DNA from: Candidatus Marinacidobacterales bacterium
GTDB lineage: Bacteria; Acidobacteriota; Vicinamibacteria; Marinacidobacterales; DATDRI01
Direction: 5' to 3'
Length of the DNA: 64,000 nucleotides
Assembly: GCA_965226495.1 (NCBI GenBank)
Contig: OZ245365.1
Location: 3,520,001-3,584,000, forward strand
The notes under the pieces: generated by a model
Seen by the model: the letters and a program-made list of their open reading frames with translations, nothing else
Databases searched by the model: none
Told to the model about the DNA's origin: nothing
In this document: one piece after another, positions 37,617 to 48,489 of the stretch
Numbering within the stretch: position 1 is the stretch's first letter
How the letters are laid out: each line of letters starts with the position of its first letter
Program-made: the position numbers and the translations under genes

Positions 37617-39016
37617 GGTGATGTCTTAAGATTCCTGTCAAAGAAAAACGATGTATGGTTCCCCAAGCTCAAACCCGTCCCCGTCATGGGGACAGAAAAG
37701 GAGAACCATACATCATGGGAAAGGTACTACCGAGTCAGCGATTGCTCAAGCAGTTCGAGGAACAACTGGTATTTGGGGAGATGAATCTCTCGGAGATCGT
37801 CCGGTCGGGAGCTCAGATGATGCTTCAATATGCGTTGGAGCGCGAGGTGACGGAGGCGTTGGGTCGAAACTACTATGAGAACGCTCCGGCAACGACGAAG
37901 GAGAAGGGACGACGCAACGGGTATGAGTCGCATCGGGTCCTCACGGGCGAGGGAGCGGTGACGGTGCAAGTGCCGCGGGTACGAGAAACAGAGAAGGTGT
38001 TTCAGTCAAAGATTCTCGACGCCTACGTGAGCCGGACCGAGAAACTCGATGAACTGATCGCGCGGATGTACGTCCACGGGATGTCGACGCGTGACATTGA
38101 GGCGACGTTCGCGGACGTGCTGAGCGGCACGGGTGTCTCGAAGTCGGTGGTGAGCCGGGTCACACGGTGTCTGTCGGAGGATTTCGAGGCGTTTCGAAAA
38201 CGGGATCTCTCGAACGAGAAGCTGTTGTATCTCGAGCTCGACGGCACGTACCTGCGCTACCACCAAGGAGCGGAGAGGAAAGAGCCCATCCTCGTTGCGA
38301 CCGGCTATCGCGCTGATGGGACGCGAGTTCTTCTTCATATCGGTGTCGGCAACCGAGAATCCTACGAGAACTGGAAGGGGTTCTTGCAGGAGATGGTGGC
38401 CCGAGGAATGAGGGAGCCGTTGCTCATCGTGACGGACGGGAATCCTGGAGTGCTCAAAGCGATCGCAGAGGTCTTCCCTCGAAGCCTCAAGCAACGTTGC
38501 CAGAAGCACCGCCTCGAGAACATCCTGGGCAAGGCTCCGAAGGAAGTGCGCGACGAACTCAAGGCGGCCATCCTTGAGTCGTTCCATGCGAACAGCTACG
38601 AGCAAGGGCTGAAGAAGGGTCGGGAGGTGATCGCTCGGTACCGTCAACGATTCCCGAGCGCGATGAAGTGCATGGAAGAGACCCTCGAAGCGTGTCTTCA
38701 GGCGCTACGCCTTCCTGCGGCGCATCACAAAAGGCTTCGCACGTCGAATCTACTTGAGCGCACGTTCGGAGAGCACAAACGTCGCACAAAGGTCATTCCT
38801 CACTTCTTCACCGAGGAGGCCGCGATGAAACTCTCGTTCGCTGTGCTCTTGGCCGTCGCAAACAAATGGCGCGGCGTGAGGATGGATGTCTTCGCCGCTA
38901 GGAAAGTCGAGGAGCTTCGCAACGAGCTTCTCCCGCAAGGCACGTCGGAGGAATCAGCAGCTTAACCGAGCGCGGGGAACCGTACGGAGATTTGACAGGA
39001 AAATTAAGACTTGACC
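37617..39016 (+). mobile_element. IS256 family insertion sequence, 1400 bp
   Basis: 26-bp imperfect TIRs (GGTGATGTCTTAAGATTCCTGTCAAA vs GGTCAAGTCTTAATTTTCCTGTCAAA, 22/26); 8-bp TSD CTCGCTGT at 37609-37616 and 39017-39024. Confidence 0.95.
37715..38965 (+). CDS. IS256 family DDE transposase
   Basis: RRNGY, GMSTRDI, YLELDG, IVTDG, QRCQKH, RTSNLLER; AAGGAG RBS before ATG 37715. Confidence 0.95.
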   Translation: MGKVLPSQRLLKQFEEQLVFGEMNLSEIVRSGAQMMLQYALEREVTEALGRNYYENAPATTKEKGRRNGYESHRVLTGEGAVTVQVPRVRETEKVFQSKILDAYVSRTEKLDELIARMYVHGMSTRDIEATFADVLSGTGVSKSVVSRVTRCLSEDFEAFRKRDLSNEKLLYLELDGTYLRYHQGAERKEPILVATGYRADGTRVLLHIGVGNRESYENWKGFLQEMVARGMREPLLIVTDGNPGVLKAIAEVFPRSLKQRCQKHRLENILGKAPKEVRDELKAAILESFHANSYEQGLKKGREVIARYRQRFPSAMKCMEETLEACLQALRLPAAHHKRLRTSNLLERTFGEHKRRTKVIPHFFTEEAAMKLSFAVLLAVANKWRGVRMDVFAARKVEELRNELLPQGTSEESAA

Positions 39017-40117
39017 CTCGCTGTTCGGAACGTCCTCGGCCGGCGTCACTCCTAGCCACTTCCATTGGGCTACCACGTGATCGAGCTCCAGGCTGGAGTT
39101 TACGTATGCTTCATAGTGCTCTCCGCTAACTTGCGCTCTAACCACCAACGGTTCGCCGGCCAACCAGCCGTGTCGCTTGAGATAGTTTGCTACGCTTCCG
39201 ATGGCATCGTCGACGTTCTGGAACAAGTCTCTCCGGCCATCTCCGTCGAAATCGACCGCAAAGTAACGGTAGCTACCCGGCATGAACTGCGCGATACCCA
39301 TGGCGCCCGCATAGGAACCCCGTGCGTTAAACGCCCCAACGACCTCCTCTTCACGAGTGAGGAGAAGGTATTGCTCCAGCTCGGAGCTAAAGAAATCGGC
39401 GCGTGGAGGGTAGTCGAATGCGAGCGTCGTGAGAGCGTCGAGCACACGGAACGAGCCTGTGTTTTTCCCGTAATGCGTTTCGATTCCGAGGATAGAGATG
39501 ATGAGCTCCTCCGGGACCCCGAATTCGCGCCTCGCCTTCGCCAAAACCTCGGAGTGTTCGTTCCAAAACCGTACTCCGCCTTCCACTCGGGCGGGATTGA
39601 CGAACATCGGTCGGTAGTCGTCCCATGGCTTGCGCTTGGTGGCCTTGGACATCGCCTTGATGATGCGCGGCTGATGGGTCGCGCGGGCGAACAGAGTCTC
39701 GAGGGCGGCGGCATCGAAGCCGTGTTTCGAAGCCATCGCATCGATGAACAGCTTGAGCTCGGGGTTGCCGGTGTAGGTTTTCTTGGGTGTGCGTGCCAAT
39801 GCCAACGAGGCGATGCCGAAAATGACCAAGAGACCAAGCCCGAGCGGGACGAGTCGGCCCCGACCCTGGGCGAGGCGCCACGCCCTAAATCGTTGACGTG
39901 TCGCCTCTTGCCCGGAACTGGCTCTTTTCGACATCTTCATCACTTACGCATTCACACCACGTGCCAGGCACTTGGGGACTACAGTCCGTCCTCGGCGTTC
40001 CGAGAACCCCATTGAAGAGCGACCACTCGCAACAGCTGGGGCTGCCACAACCTCGGGATGGAAGAGATTATAACCGAGTGGCGTCTTACTTGGTAGATAG
40101 CAGCGACCTTGCCGAGG

Positions 40118-41506
40118 TCAATCGCCGGCAGAAGCCTCGATGCAGTAGAGGTGTTTCTCGCTGCGGATGAATATCTTGCCTCCGGCAATGGCGGGAGAGG
40201 CCCAGATCGACTCGTCGATGGAGTTCACGGCTAGCACCTCATGAACCGGCCCGCCCCTCACGACGAAGACGTCGCCATCCTCGCTCGCCAGCAGGATGTG
40301 CCCCTGGAACCCGACGGGCGAAGCTTTGAACATGCTGGGTACGGGAACTCTTCCGCCCTCGTAAACGATCTTGCCGCTGACGGCATCGATGCCAGTGAGA
40401 ATCCCTTTGTCCGACACGAGGTAGAGATAATCTCCATAGAGGAGATTGGATGGAACGTAGGCGGTTCCTTTCTCATATTCCCAGACTACTTTGGTAGTTC
40501 CGGTCAGGTCACCTGAACCGCCAAGCTTGATGGCTTTTGTAATCTTCCGAGGGTATCCGGCCGTAACGAAGACCATCCCGTGGCCTGCCACAGGAGTGTG
40601 AATGGCATTGCTCTCGACACCCTTGACACGCCAGAGCTCTTTGCCGCTATCGGGGTCGTAGGAAATGATCGCCTCGTTGCCGTTCGTAACCAGTTCGGTG
40701 CGGCCTTCGTCTTCGATGAGGAGCGGTGTCGAAAAGCTCGCCTGAACCCCACGAGGAACTCGCCACACCTCGTCGCCGGTCCCCTTATCCAGCGCGGTGA
40801 TGAACGAGCGCTCGCCATTGTTCTCGTCGACCTGAAGGATAACCATGTTCCGATAGAGAATCGGAGAAGTTCCGACGCCCATTCCAAAGGTAGCGACTCC
40901 GCCCAAATGCCTCTTCCAAACGAGGTTTCCATTCAAGTCGTAGCAATAGAGTCCCTCTGAGCCGAAATAAACGTACACCAGACGCCCGTCGGTAGCCGGC
41001 GTGGGAGACGCGTAGGAGCTCATCCTATGTCGATCGTCGTAGACGGTTCCTTCATAGGCGACTCGTTCCCACCGGACCTTCCCCGTCTCGGCGTCTAGGC
41101 AGAACACCTTGAAGGTATGACTATGGGTGGCGCCCACGCTGTCGGGATGGAGGAACACTTCGCCGTTCTCGATATGAACGACGGGCTTCGCTCCCGGGAC
41201 CACGGGACCTTCGATAGCGGTCGTCACGAACACGTCGTCCCCCCATACGGCCGGAGAGGAGTGTCCTCGCCCCTCGATGGCTGCCGCCCACCGAACGTTC
41301 GCCCTCTTACTCCACTCGATAGGTAGCCCTGCTTCAGACGAGATGCCCTGACCTCCGGGCCCCCGCCACTGAGGCCAGTTGGTCTCCTCCGCCGGGACGG
41401 CACCCGGCAGAAGAAGCGTCGAAAGAACTAGCATGAATGCCAGCTGGAGGTTTTCTCGAGACGTCATTCGCTCTCTTCTCATCACTTCTGTCCCCGTGGC
41501 CACCAT
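40118..41506 (-). CDS. Secreted PQQ-binding-like beta-propeller protein
   Basis: Signal-like N-terminus, [10 protein letters not shown], repeated blades, WASPAIAGGKIFIRS; exact start uncertain. Confidence 0.85.
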   Translation of the reverse strand: MVATGTEVMRRERMTSRENLQLAFMLVLSTLLLPGAVPAEETNWPQWRGPGGQGISSEAGLPIEWSKRANVRWAAAIEGRGHSSPAVWGDDVFVTTAIEGPVVPGAKPVVHIENGEVFLHPDSVGATHSHTFKVFCLDAETGKVRWERVAYEGTVYDDRHRMSSYASPTPATDGRLVYVYFGSEGLYCYDLNGNLVWKRHLGGVATFGMGVGTSPILYRNMVILQVDENNGERSFITALDKGTGDEVWRVPRGVQASFSTPLLIEDEGRTELVTNGNEAIISYDPDSGKELWRVKGVESNAIHTPVAGHGMVFVTAGYPRKITKAIKLGGSGDLTGTTKVVWEYEKGTAYVPSNLLYGDYLYLVSDKGILTGIDAVSGKIVYEGGRVPVPSMFKASPVGFQGHILLASEDGDVFVVRGGPVHEVLAVNSIDESIWASPAIAGGKIFIRSEKHLYCIEASAGD

Positions 41507-41629
41507 GGGGAGGTTTGCTTGACGCGTCCGCTCGCGGCATTATATCGTCGTCGGCCTATGTTCTTCGAGCTTAGAGACTAACACCGTGGCAAGGCCCTCC
41601 GACCCTCTCCTAAAGGCATCCGAGCAAAG

Positions 41630-43840
41630 ATGATAACCAAGAGATTTTCCGAGATCGTGTTCTTGCTGACGGCGCTTCTGGTTTGCGGCGCTGCGGCATC
41701 TTTGACGACTCCTACTGCATCGAGCGGCGACTGGACCGATTGGCGTGGTCCGGCGCGGGACGGTCGATCCACAGAAAGCGGCCTCCCGACACGGTGGACG
41801 CTCGCCGGAGATAACCTCGCCTGGAAGGTTCCGTACGGAAGCCGCTCGACCCCCATCGTCCTCGGTGACCGACTTTATCTTCAGAATGCCGCGGGCGAGG
41901 GCGACACGATGCAAGAACGCGTGATGTGCTTCAACGCGAACACCGGAGAGCTGCTATGGGAGCACCGTTTCAACGTGTACCAGAGTGACGTCCCTCCGCA
42001 TCGTGTGGGATGGGCCTCGCCGGTGGGCGATCCCAAGACGGGGAACGTGTTTGCCTATGGCGTTGGGGGCACGCTGCTATCCCTCAGCAAAGAGGGCGAG
42101 CCCCTCTGGAGCCGCTCGCTGGGTGAGGACTTCGGTCTGGTAACCACCCACGGTGGGCGCACCGCGTCTCCCGTGATCGAAGGCGACATCTTAATTGTAA
42201 GCGGAGTTAATTCGGGCTGGGGCAATCAAGCACGAGGTGCACAGCGATTCTTTGCCTTCGACAAATCGACTGGAGAAACCGTCTGGGTAAGCTCACCCGG
42301 CGGTCGTCCCTTCGACACGACGTACTCCCCCCCCATCGGCGTCGACGTCAACGGCACGCGTTTGCTCATCGCAGGCGGTGGCGACGGCGCGGTACACGCC
42401 TTGAAGCCACAAACGGGTGAGCCGGTCTGGAAATACGAGTTCAGCAAACGCGGTGTCAATTCGGGGACGGTGCTAAAGGGAACGACGGCCATTGTCAGCC
42501 ACGGTGAGGAGAACCTAGCTAGCAGCGAGATGGGGTTCATCGCCGCGATCGACGCCGCCGCAACCGGACAGATCAGGCAAGACCAAGTGAAATGGCAGGA
42601 GTTCGGGTTCCTTGGTGGCTATTCTTCACCGGTGATCGACGGCGATCGCGTTTACCAGGTCGACAACGCCGCCAACCTCGTCGCCTTCGATATCGAGACC
42701 GGTAACCGGCTTTGGTTCCTCAACCTGGGAACCATCCAGCGAGCATCTCCGGTCCTGGCGGACGGAAAGCTCTACGTCGGCACGGTGAACGGAAAGTTCT
42801 ACATCATTCGACCCGGCGACGAATCCGCCGAGATCCTCAGCCAAGTGCAACTGGGCAGCGAGTCCGAGATAGAAGAGGTGTTCGCCTCGGCTGCCATCTC
42901 GCGCGGCCGGATCTACTTGGCGTCAACTCGCGCCCTCTACTGCATCGGTGAAGGGTCGAAATCCGATGGTGGCGAAGTAGCTCCTGCGCCCCCCTCGCCG
43001 GAAGCGGGCTCTCCGACTCATGTACAGGTAGTTCCAACCGAGTTGGTATTGGCCCCTGGCGACACCGTTCAATTCCAGGCTCGGCTTTTCGACGAGCGCG
43101 GTCTCTTTGTCGGCGTCGAAGAAGCGAGCTGGTCTCTCGATAGCCTCCAGGGCACGGTCGATACCGCAGGTACTTTTAGCGCAGGGACAGGAGAATATGG
43201 ACAGGCGGGACAGGTAAAAGCAACGGTCGGAGACATCGATGGCGTGGCTCGCGTTCGCGTCATTCCCCCTTTACCTTGGAAAGATAATTTCGAAGCCATC
43301 CCGGTGGACAAGGTGCCGCGACATTGGATCAACGCCACCGGCAAATACTTAGTGCGCGAGGAAGACGGAAACAAGGTCCTGGTCAAACGGGCCGACAATC
43401 CGTTTCTGAAACGCGCCCGCGCCTACCTCGGGGCTTCCGATTGGTCCGACTACACCGTCGCCGTCGATGTGAGGTCTTCGGAAAAGCGACGCCAGATGGG
43501 CGATGTGGGAGTCATCGCCCAACGATACGCACTCGTTCTCTTCGGCAACCACCAACGCCTAGAGCTCCACGCCTGGCAACCGGAAACGAGACGAAGCGTG
43601 CGAGCCCCATTCACGTGGAAGCCGGATGCCTGGTACCGCGTGAAGCTCGAAGTTCAGAACCTTTCGGACCGAACGACCCGAGCGCGCGGAAAAGCCTGGC
43701 TCGCCTCGGAACCGGAGCCGGCCGAATGGACGGTAGAGCGCATCGATCCCATCCCCAATCGCGAGGGGAGCCCCGGACTCTACGCCAACGCCATCAACGA
43801 AGTCTTCTTCGACAATCTCGAGGTCAAAGAAAATCCATGA
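41630..43840 (+). CDS. Secreted PQQ-like beta-propeller with C-terminal Ig-like and beta-sandwich domains
   Basis: DWTDWRGPARDG, blades to about aa 440, Pro-rich linker, then beta-rich domains ending VFFDNLEV. Confidence 0.82.
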   Translation: MITKRFSEIVFLLTALLVCGAAASLTTPTASSGDWTDWRGPARDGRSTESGLPTRWTLAGDNLAWKVPYGSRSTPIVLGDRLYLQNAAGEGDTMQERVMCFNANTGELLWEHRFNVYQSDVPPHRVGWASPVGDPKTGNVFAYGVGGTLLSLSKEGEPLWSRSLGEDFGLVTTHGGRTASPVIEGDILIVSGVNSGWGNQARGAQRFFAFDKSTGETVWVSSPGGRPFDTTYSPPIGVDVNGTRLLIAGGGDGAVHALKPQTGEPVWKYEFSKRGVNSGTVLKGTTAIVSHGEENLASSEMGFIAAIDAAATGQIRQDQVKWQEFGFLGGYSSPVIDGDRVYQVDNAANLVAFDIETGNRLWFLNLGTIQRASPVLADGKLYVGTVNGKFYIIRPGDESAEILSQVQLGSESEIEEVFASAAISRGRIYLASTRALYCIGEGSKSDGGEVAPAPPSPEAGSPTHVQVVPTELVLAPGDTVQFQARLFDERGLFVGVEEASWSLDSLQGTVDTAGTFSAGTGEYGQAGQVKATVGDIDGVARVRVIPPLPWKDNFEAIPVDKVPRHWINATGKYLVREEDGNKVLVKRADNPFLKRARAYLGASDWSDYTVAVDVRSSEKRRQMGDVGVIAQRYALVLFGNHQRLELHAWQPETRRSVRAPFTWKPDAWYRVKLEVQNLSDRTTRARGKAWLASEPEPAEWTVERIDPIPNREGSPGLYANAINEVFFDNLEVKENP

Positions 43841-45300
43841 ACCGCAGATTGAATTTGCCCCGACTGCTACTACTAGGAAGCTTGCTCGTCCCTTCGCTGC
43901 TCATCGCTCTCGTCGGAATCGCCTCGACACGTCCGACGTCGGACGCCGCCGGAGACTGGCCGATGTGGGGCGGTACTCCGGACCGCAACATGATCTCCTC
44001 CATGACCGGTCTTCCCGAAACGTGGGATGTGGAAGAGAAGAAGAACGTCCGGTGGGTGGCCGCGCTGGGTTCACAGACCTATGGCAATCCGGTGGTTGCT
44101 GGCGGAAAAATCTTCGTGGGTACTAATAATGAAGCGCTCTATGATCCCAAGAGGACAGGAGACGCGGGGATCTTGCTGGCCTTCCGCGAATCCGACGGTG
44201 AATTCCTTTGGCAAGCGTTCTCCGAAAAGCTCGCTTCCGGTCGCGTCAATGACTGGCCATATCAGGGAATCTGCAGTTCGCCGCTCGTCGAGGGTGACCG
44301 CCTCTACTACGTGACCAACCGCGGGGAGGTTGCGGCCCTTGATACACAGGGTTTTCGAGACGGCGAGAACGACGGTCCGTTCAAAGAGGAGACGCATAAC
44401 AGCGAACAGGACGCCGATATCGTCTGGGTATTCGACATGATGGAGGAAGTTGGGACCTTCCAGCACAATATGGCCAACTCCTCACCGGTGGCCTACGGCA
44501 ATCTGATTTACGTCAGCACCTCGAACGGCCAAGACGAGAGTCACGTCAACATCCCTTCCCCACGCGCACCGGGCATCATCGCGCTCGACAAGAACACCGG
44601 GGAGCTAGTTTGGGAAGACAACTCAGTCGAAGACCGTATCCTTCATGGGCAATGGTCCTCGGCATCGGTGGCCGAGCTCGGGGGTGTGGTTCAGGTGGTG
44701 ATGGGCCAAGGCGACGGCTGGGTCCGAGGTTACGAGGCAATCACGGGCGAGAAGCTCTGGGAGTTCAATTCCAACCCTAAAGACTCCGAGTGGCCACGAA
44801 CCCGAAACAACGTGATCAGTACTCCCGTGCTCTACAACGACCGGGTCTACATCGGCAACGGGCAGGACCCCGAGCATGGCGAAGGTGTCGGCCACTTCTA
44901 CTCGATCGATCCCACTAAGAGAGGCGACATTACCGAGACCGGCCGCGTGTGGCACTACGACAAGATCCGCCGCACTATCTCGACCGCCGCCATCCAGGAC
45001 GGGTTGATCTACATCCCCGATTTCAGCGGCTTTCTCCATGCCCTCGACATCGAGACCGGGGAGCCAGTCTGGGTGCACGACACGTTCGCCGCCGTCTGGG
45101 CCTCCCCGCTCATCGCCGACGGCAAGATGTACCTGGGTGACGAAGATGGCGACATCGTGGTGTTGAAACCAGGGAGAGAAGAGGTCGTTCTTCAGGAGAT
45201 GAACCTCGGCAGCTCGGTCTACTCTACCGCCGTTCCCGCCAACGGTTCGCTCTACATCGCCAGCCGCAACAAGCTATTCGCCCTGGCCAGACAACCTTAG
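43837..45300 (+). CDS. Secreted PQQ-like beta-propeller protein
   Basis: ATGA overlap with the previous gene; signal peptide; DWPMWGGTPDRN; SSPLVEGDRLY. Confidence 0.85.
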   Translation: MNRRLNLPRLLLLGSLLVPSLLIALVGIASTRPTSDAAGDWPMWGGTPDRNMISSMTGLPETWDVEEKKNVRWVAALGSQTYGNPVVAGGKIFVGTNNEALYDPKRTGDAGILLAFRESDGEFLWQAFSEKLASGRVNDWPYQGICSSPLVEGDRLYYVTNRGEVAALDTQGFRDGENDGPFKEETHNSEQDADIVWVFDMMEEVGTFQHNMANSSPVAYGNLIYVSTSNGQDESHVNIPSPRAPGIIALDKNTGELVWEDNSVEDRILHGQWSSASVAELGGVVQVVMGQGDGWVRGYEAITGEKLWEFNSNPKDSEWPRTRNNVISTPVLYNDRVYIGNGQDPEHGEGVGHFYSIDPTKRGDITETGRVWHYDKIRRTISTAAIQDGLIYIPDFSGFLHALDIETGEPVWVHDTFAAVWASPLIADGKMYLGDEDGDIVVLKPGREEVVLQEMNLGSSVYSTAVPANGSLYIASRNKLFALARQP

Positions 45301-45336
45301 TTGGCCTGGTCAGCCTGACGGGCCTGATTGATCTAG

Positions 45337-46464
45337 ATGGAGCCTTTCGACTTCCAGCCCCAAACCCGCGTGGTTTTCGGAAAAGGGGCGCTCACGAGTT
45401 TGGGCGCTCTTGCCCAAGAGCTGGGATTTCGTCGTACCCTCATCGTGTCTGATCCCGGCGTAGTGCGCTCGGGCCATTTCGAATCCACGAACAAAGAGCT
45501 TCGCGACGTTGGGATCGAGACGTTCGGCTTTCACGACTTCGGCGAGGATCCCGATACACACATGGTCGAATCGGGGCGTGACGTAGCCGCAAAGAAAGAG
45601 ATCAACTCTTTGGTCGGGCTCGGGGGCGGAAGCTCGATGGATTGTGCCAAGGGTATCAACTTCCTGTTCACCAACGGCGGCAGCATGAAGGACTACTGGG
45701 GGATTGGGAAAGCCTCGAAGCCCATGCTTCCGTCGATCGGCATCCCCACCACGGCGGGCACTGGCAGTGAGGCGCAATCCTTTGCCCTTATCTCCGATGC
45801 GGAGACTCACGCCAAGATGGCTTGCGGTGATCTAAAAGCCGCGTTCCGCGTCGCGCTTCTCGATCCCGAGCTCACCGTATCGCAGCCGAAGCGGGTGACC
45901 GCCGCCACCGGCTTCGACGCCATCGCGCACGCCGTCGAGACCTATGTCACCCGGAAGCGCAACCAACTCTCCGACACATTCTCGTATCAGGCGTGGCGTC
46001 TACTGGAAGCAAATTATGAACGAGCTCTCTCTCATCCAAACGACATCGAGGCTCGGGCCGCCATGCAACTCGGTGCCTACTACGCGGGAGTCGCGATCGA
46101 AAACTCGATGCTGGGTGCGACGCATGCTTGTGCCAACCCACTAACCGCCCGTTATGGGACTGTGCACGGTGTGGCGCTCGCCATTCTCTTACCGCAGGTG
46201 GTCCGTTGGAACGCCAAGGTCGCCGGTTTCCGATACGCGGAGCTCGTGGGATCGAGCGAGGGTGACGCAGGCGATAAACTGGCAAAGAGACTCGCGCAAC
46301 TGGCGGCGGCCGGCGATTTGTCGGCTCGCCTGAGCTCGATTGGTGTGCCCGAGGGGGACCTGGAGATGCTTGCCGAGGAGGCGGCACTCCAATGGACCGG
46401 CAGTTTCAACCCGCGCGTTTTCGACGCCTCCGGGGCGCTTGAGGTTTACCGTTGGGCGTATTGA
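45337..46464 (+). CDS. Iron-containing alcohol dehydrogenase
   Basis: [45 protein letters not shown]. Confidence 0.93.
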   Translation: MEPFDFQPQTRVVFGKGALTSLGALAQELGFRRTLIVSDPGVVRSGHFESTNKELRDVGIETFGFHDFGEDPDTHMVESGRDVAAKKEINSLVGLGGGSSMDCAKGINFLFTNGGSMKDYWGIGKASKPMLPSIGIPTTAGTGSEAQSFALISDAETHAKMACGDLKAAFRVALLDPELTVSQPKRVTAATGFDAIAHAVETYVTRKRNQLSDTFSYQAWRLLEANYERALSHPNDIEARAAMQLGAYYAGVAIENSMLGATHACANPLTARYGTVHGVALAILLPQVVRWNAKVAGFRYAELVGSSEGDAGDKLAKRLAQLAAAGDLSARLSSIGVPEGDLEMLAEEAALQWTGSFNPRVFDASGALEVYRWAY

Positions 46465-47585
46465 TCTTCCTGCTTCTAAGCATCGGCGCCTCGAGCATGA
46501 CGTCGGGCACGCCGACTAGCCAGGAAAGTTGGAATCAATTCCGGGGAAGTCCGGGGCTAACCGGCATTGCACACTCCAAGCTTCCCGAGACCTTGGAGCT
46601 CCTCTGGAGCTACGAAGGCGAAGATTCCATTGACTCGTCGGCGGCTATCGTGGATGGCGTCGTATATGTCGGCACGTTTTCTGGCGACTTGTTGGCCCTG
46701 TCTTTGGAAGACGGATCTCTTCGATGGAAATACTCGGTCGGAGAGGAGGGAATCGGCGAATCCTCCCCCGCGGTGTCGAACGGTATCGTCTACGTCGGCG
46801 ATTTGGCAGGTGTCGTTCACGCTGTTGACGCCGTCAGTGGCGACGCCGTTTGGACGTTCCAAACACTTGGCGAGATCAAATCGTCGCCGGTCATCATCGA
46901 AGAAAAACTGCTCATCGGTTCCTACGACGAACATGTGTACTCCCTTTCCGCCAGGACCGGAGAGCTGCTGTGGAAGCTCAGAAGCAACGGTTTCATACAC
47001 GGAACGCCGGCGACGAGCAAAGGGCTCACCTACGTCACGGGGTGTGATTCGATGCTTCGGGCCGTCCGCATCACCGATGGCAAGGAGATGCATCAGATCG
47101 ACTCCGGCTCCTATACCGCCGCATCCCCCGCTCTCATTGGGGGCTTCGCCTACTACGGGACCTTCGACAATCAAGTGATTGCGGTGGACCTCGCCAAGCT
47201 GGAGATCGCTTGGCGCTACGAACATCCGGTCCGCCATTTCCCATTTTATTCCTCGGCCGCGGTGGTCGATGGCCGCGTCGTCTTGGGTGGACGGGACAAG
47301 ATGGTGCACTGCCTCGACGCCCAATCCGGGGAAGCGTTGTGGACTTTCCGCACCGGTGCTCGGGTGGATTCTTCACCCGTCGTGACGGGTGGCCGAGTCT
47401 ACATTGGATCGAACGACGGACGTCTCTACGTCTTGGATCTCGAGAGCGGCGAGAAACTCTGGGAGTTCGACGCCGGCGCTCCCTTTTCGGCTTCACCGGC
47501 CGTAGCCGAGGGCCGTTTGGTGATAGGCTCCCAGGACGGGATTATTTACTGCTTTGGCTCGGCCACTGAAAACATAAACGACTAA
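46452..47585 (+). CDS. BamB/PQQ-like 8-bladed beta-propeller protein
   Basis: WNQFRG; regular SSP(A/V)....VY.G..DG....LD..SG...W repeats. Confidence 0.88.
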   Translation: MGVLIFLLLSIGASSMTSGTPTSQESWNQFRGSPGLTGIAHSKLPETLELLWSYEGEDSIDSSAAIVDGVVYVGTFSGDLLALSLEDGSLRWKYSVGEEGIGESSPAVSNGIVYVGDLAGVVHAVDAVSGDAVWTFQTLGEIKSSPVIIEEKLLIGSYDEHVYSLSARTGELLWKLRSNGFIHGTPATSKGLTYVTGCDSMLRAVRITDGKEMHQIDSGSYTAASPALIGGFAYYGTFDNQVIAVDLAKLEIAWRYEHPVRHFPFYSSAAVVDGRVVLGGRDKMVHCLDAQSGEALWTFRTGARVDSSPVVTGGRVYIGSNDGRLYVLDLESGEKLWEFDAGAPFSASPAVAEGRLVIGSQDGIIYCFGSATENIND

Positions 47586-47609
47586 CTCACTGATTGGAGC
47601 TCATCTCAC

Positions 47610-48059
47610 ATGCAATGGTTAACATGGGTCTTGGGGGCAGTTCTAGCTTGGGGGATGTATGGCGTCGCCTTGCACCGAGGGCAGGTACTCCTCGGCAACC
47701 CGATGCGCGCCTTACTTTGTGTCGGGTTCGCGTACTTCCTCATCGGGATTCTGGTGCCGGTTGTGGCTCTTTCCTATGAAGGCGGCCTCGGCGGCTTCAA
47801 CTGGAACGGCACCGCGTTCGCAACGCTCGGAGGAGCATTGGGTGCGGTGGGCGCCGCGTTCATCATCTGGGCTTTCAAGGCGGGGGGACTCCCCACCTAT
47901 GTGATGCCGCTAGTCTTCGCGGGCGCGCCGCTCGTCAACGTCGTCGTCTCGATGGTGGTACATCCACCCAAGACCGCACCAAGTCCCCTGCTCTACCTTG
48001 GCTTCGTCCTCGCCGCAGCGGGCGCGGGGATGGTGCTGTACTTCCGGCCCACCTCTTGA
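47610..48059 (+). CDS. Small multi-TM membrane protein (DMT/EamA-like half transporter?)
   Basis: 149 aa, almost wholly hydrophobic; WGMYG, GALGAVG, PLVFAGAPLVN. Confidence 0.75.
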   Translation: MQWLTWVLGAVLAWGMYGVALHRGQVLLGNPMRALLCVGFAYFLIGILVPVVALSYEGGLGGFNWNGTAFATLGGALGAVGAAFIIWAFKAGGLPTYVMPLVFAGAPLVNVVVSMVVHPPKTAPSPLLYLGFVLAAAGAGMVLYFRPTS

Positions 48060-48085
48060 GGTAGACGGTCGGCAAGGAAAACTCC

Positions 48086-48454
48086 GTGAAATCGGCGGCG
48101 TTGGGCTTGGCGTTCGCTCTGGCCGCGATCGTTCTTTCCCGTCTTTTCTCGGTGACCCAGAGCCGTCGCTTGTTCGCTATTCTTCTTGGAGCGGCGGCCG
48201 GCGTCTACGTCGGCGCAGCCTTATCTGCGGCGGGGTCGTCACTGGGGTTTCAAGTCGCGGGTTTCGCGGCGTTCGGCAGCATGGCGATGCTGAAGGCACC
48301 GTGGGTGCTGGGTGCGGCCTGGTTGATCCACGGAGGCTGGGATCTGCTCCATTTACTCCAAGTGATCCCGACGACCTTACCGGAGGCTTACCAACTGGCC
48401 TGCCTCACTGCCGATTTAGTTTGGGGAGTATTCCTTCTCCGTTTGCCGAAGTAG
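48086..48454 (+). CDS. Small membrane protein of unknown function
   Basis: Four hydrophobic segments, IHGGWDLLH motif; AAGGA upstream of GTG. Confidence 0.65.
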   Translation: MKSAALGLAFALAAIVLSRLFSVTQSRRLFAILLGAAAGVYVGAALSAAGSSLGFQVAGFAAFGSMAMLKAPWVLGAAWLIHGGWDLLHLLQVIPTTLPEAYQLACLTADLVWGVFLLRLPK

Positions 48455-48489
48455 ATGGTGCGCTTCGAATGGTCTCGTCGCCGGCTTTG

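Larger units (their letters stand above)
37423..39943 (-). pseudogene. mltB: Lytic murein transglycosylase B interrupted by IS256
   Basis: ILGIETHYG, GSYAGAMGIAQFMPGSY, DAIGSVANYL in the 5' part; [18 protein letters not shown] in the 3' part; removing the IS plus one TSD restores ...[15 protein letters not shown]... in frame. Confidence 0.9.

Noticed and set aside
46452-47585. Calling this gene bamB or a PQQ alcohol dehydrogenase
   Set aside because: No lipobox or bam context, too short for a quinoprotein dehydrogenase, and one of six paralogues
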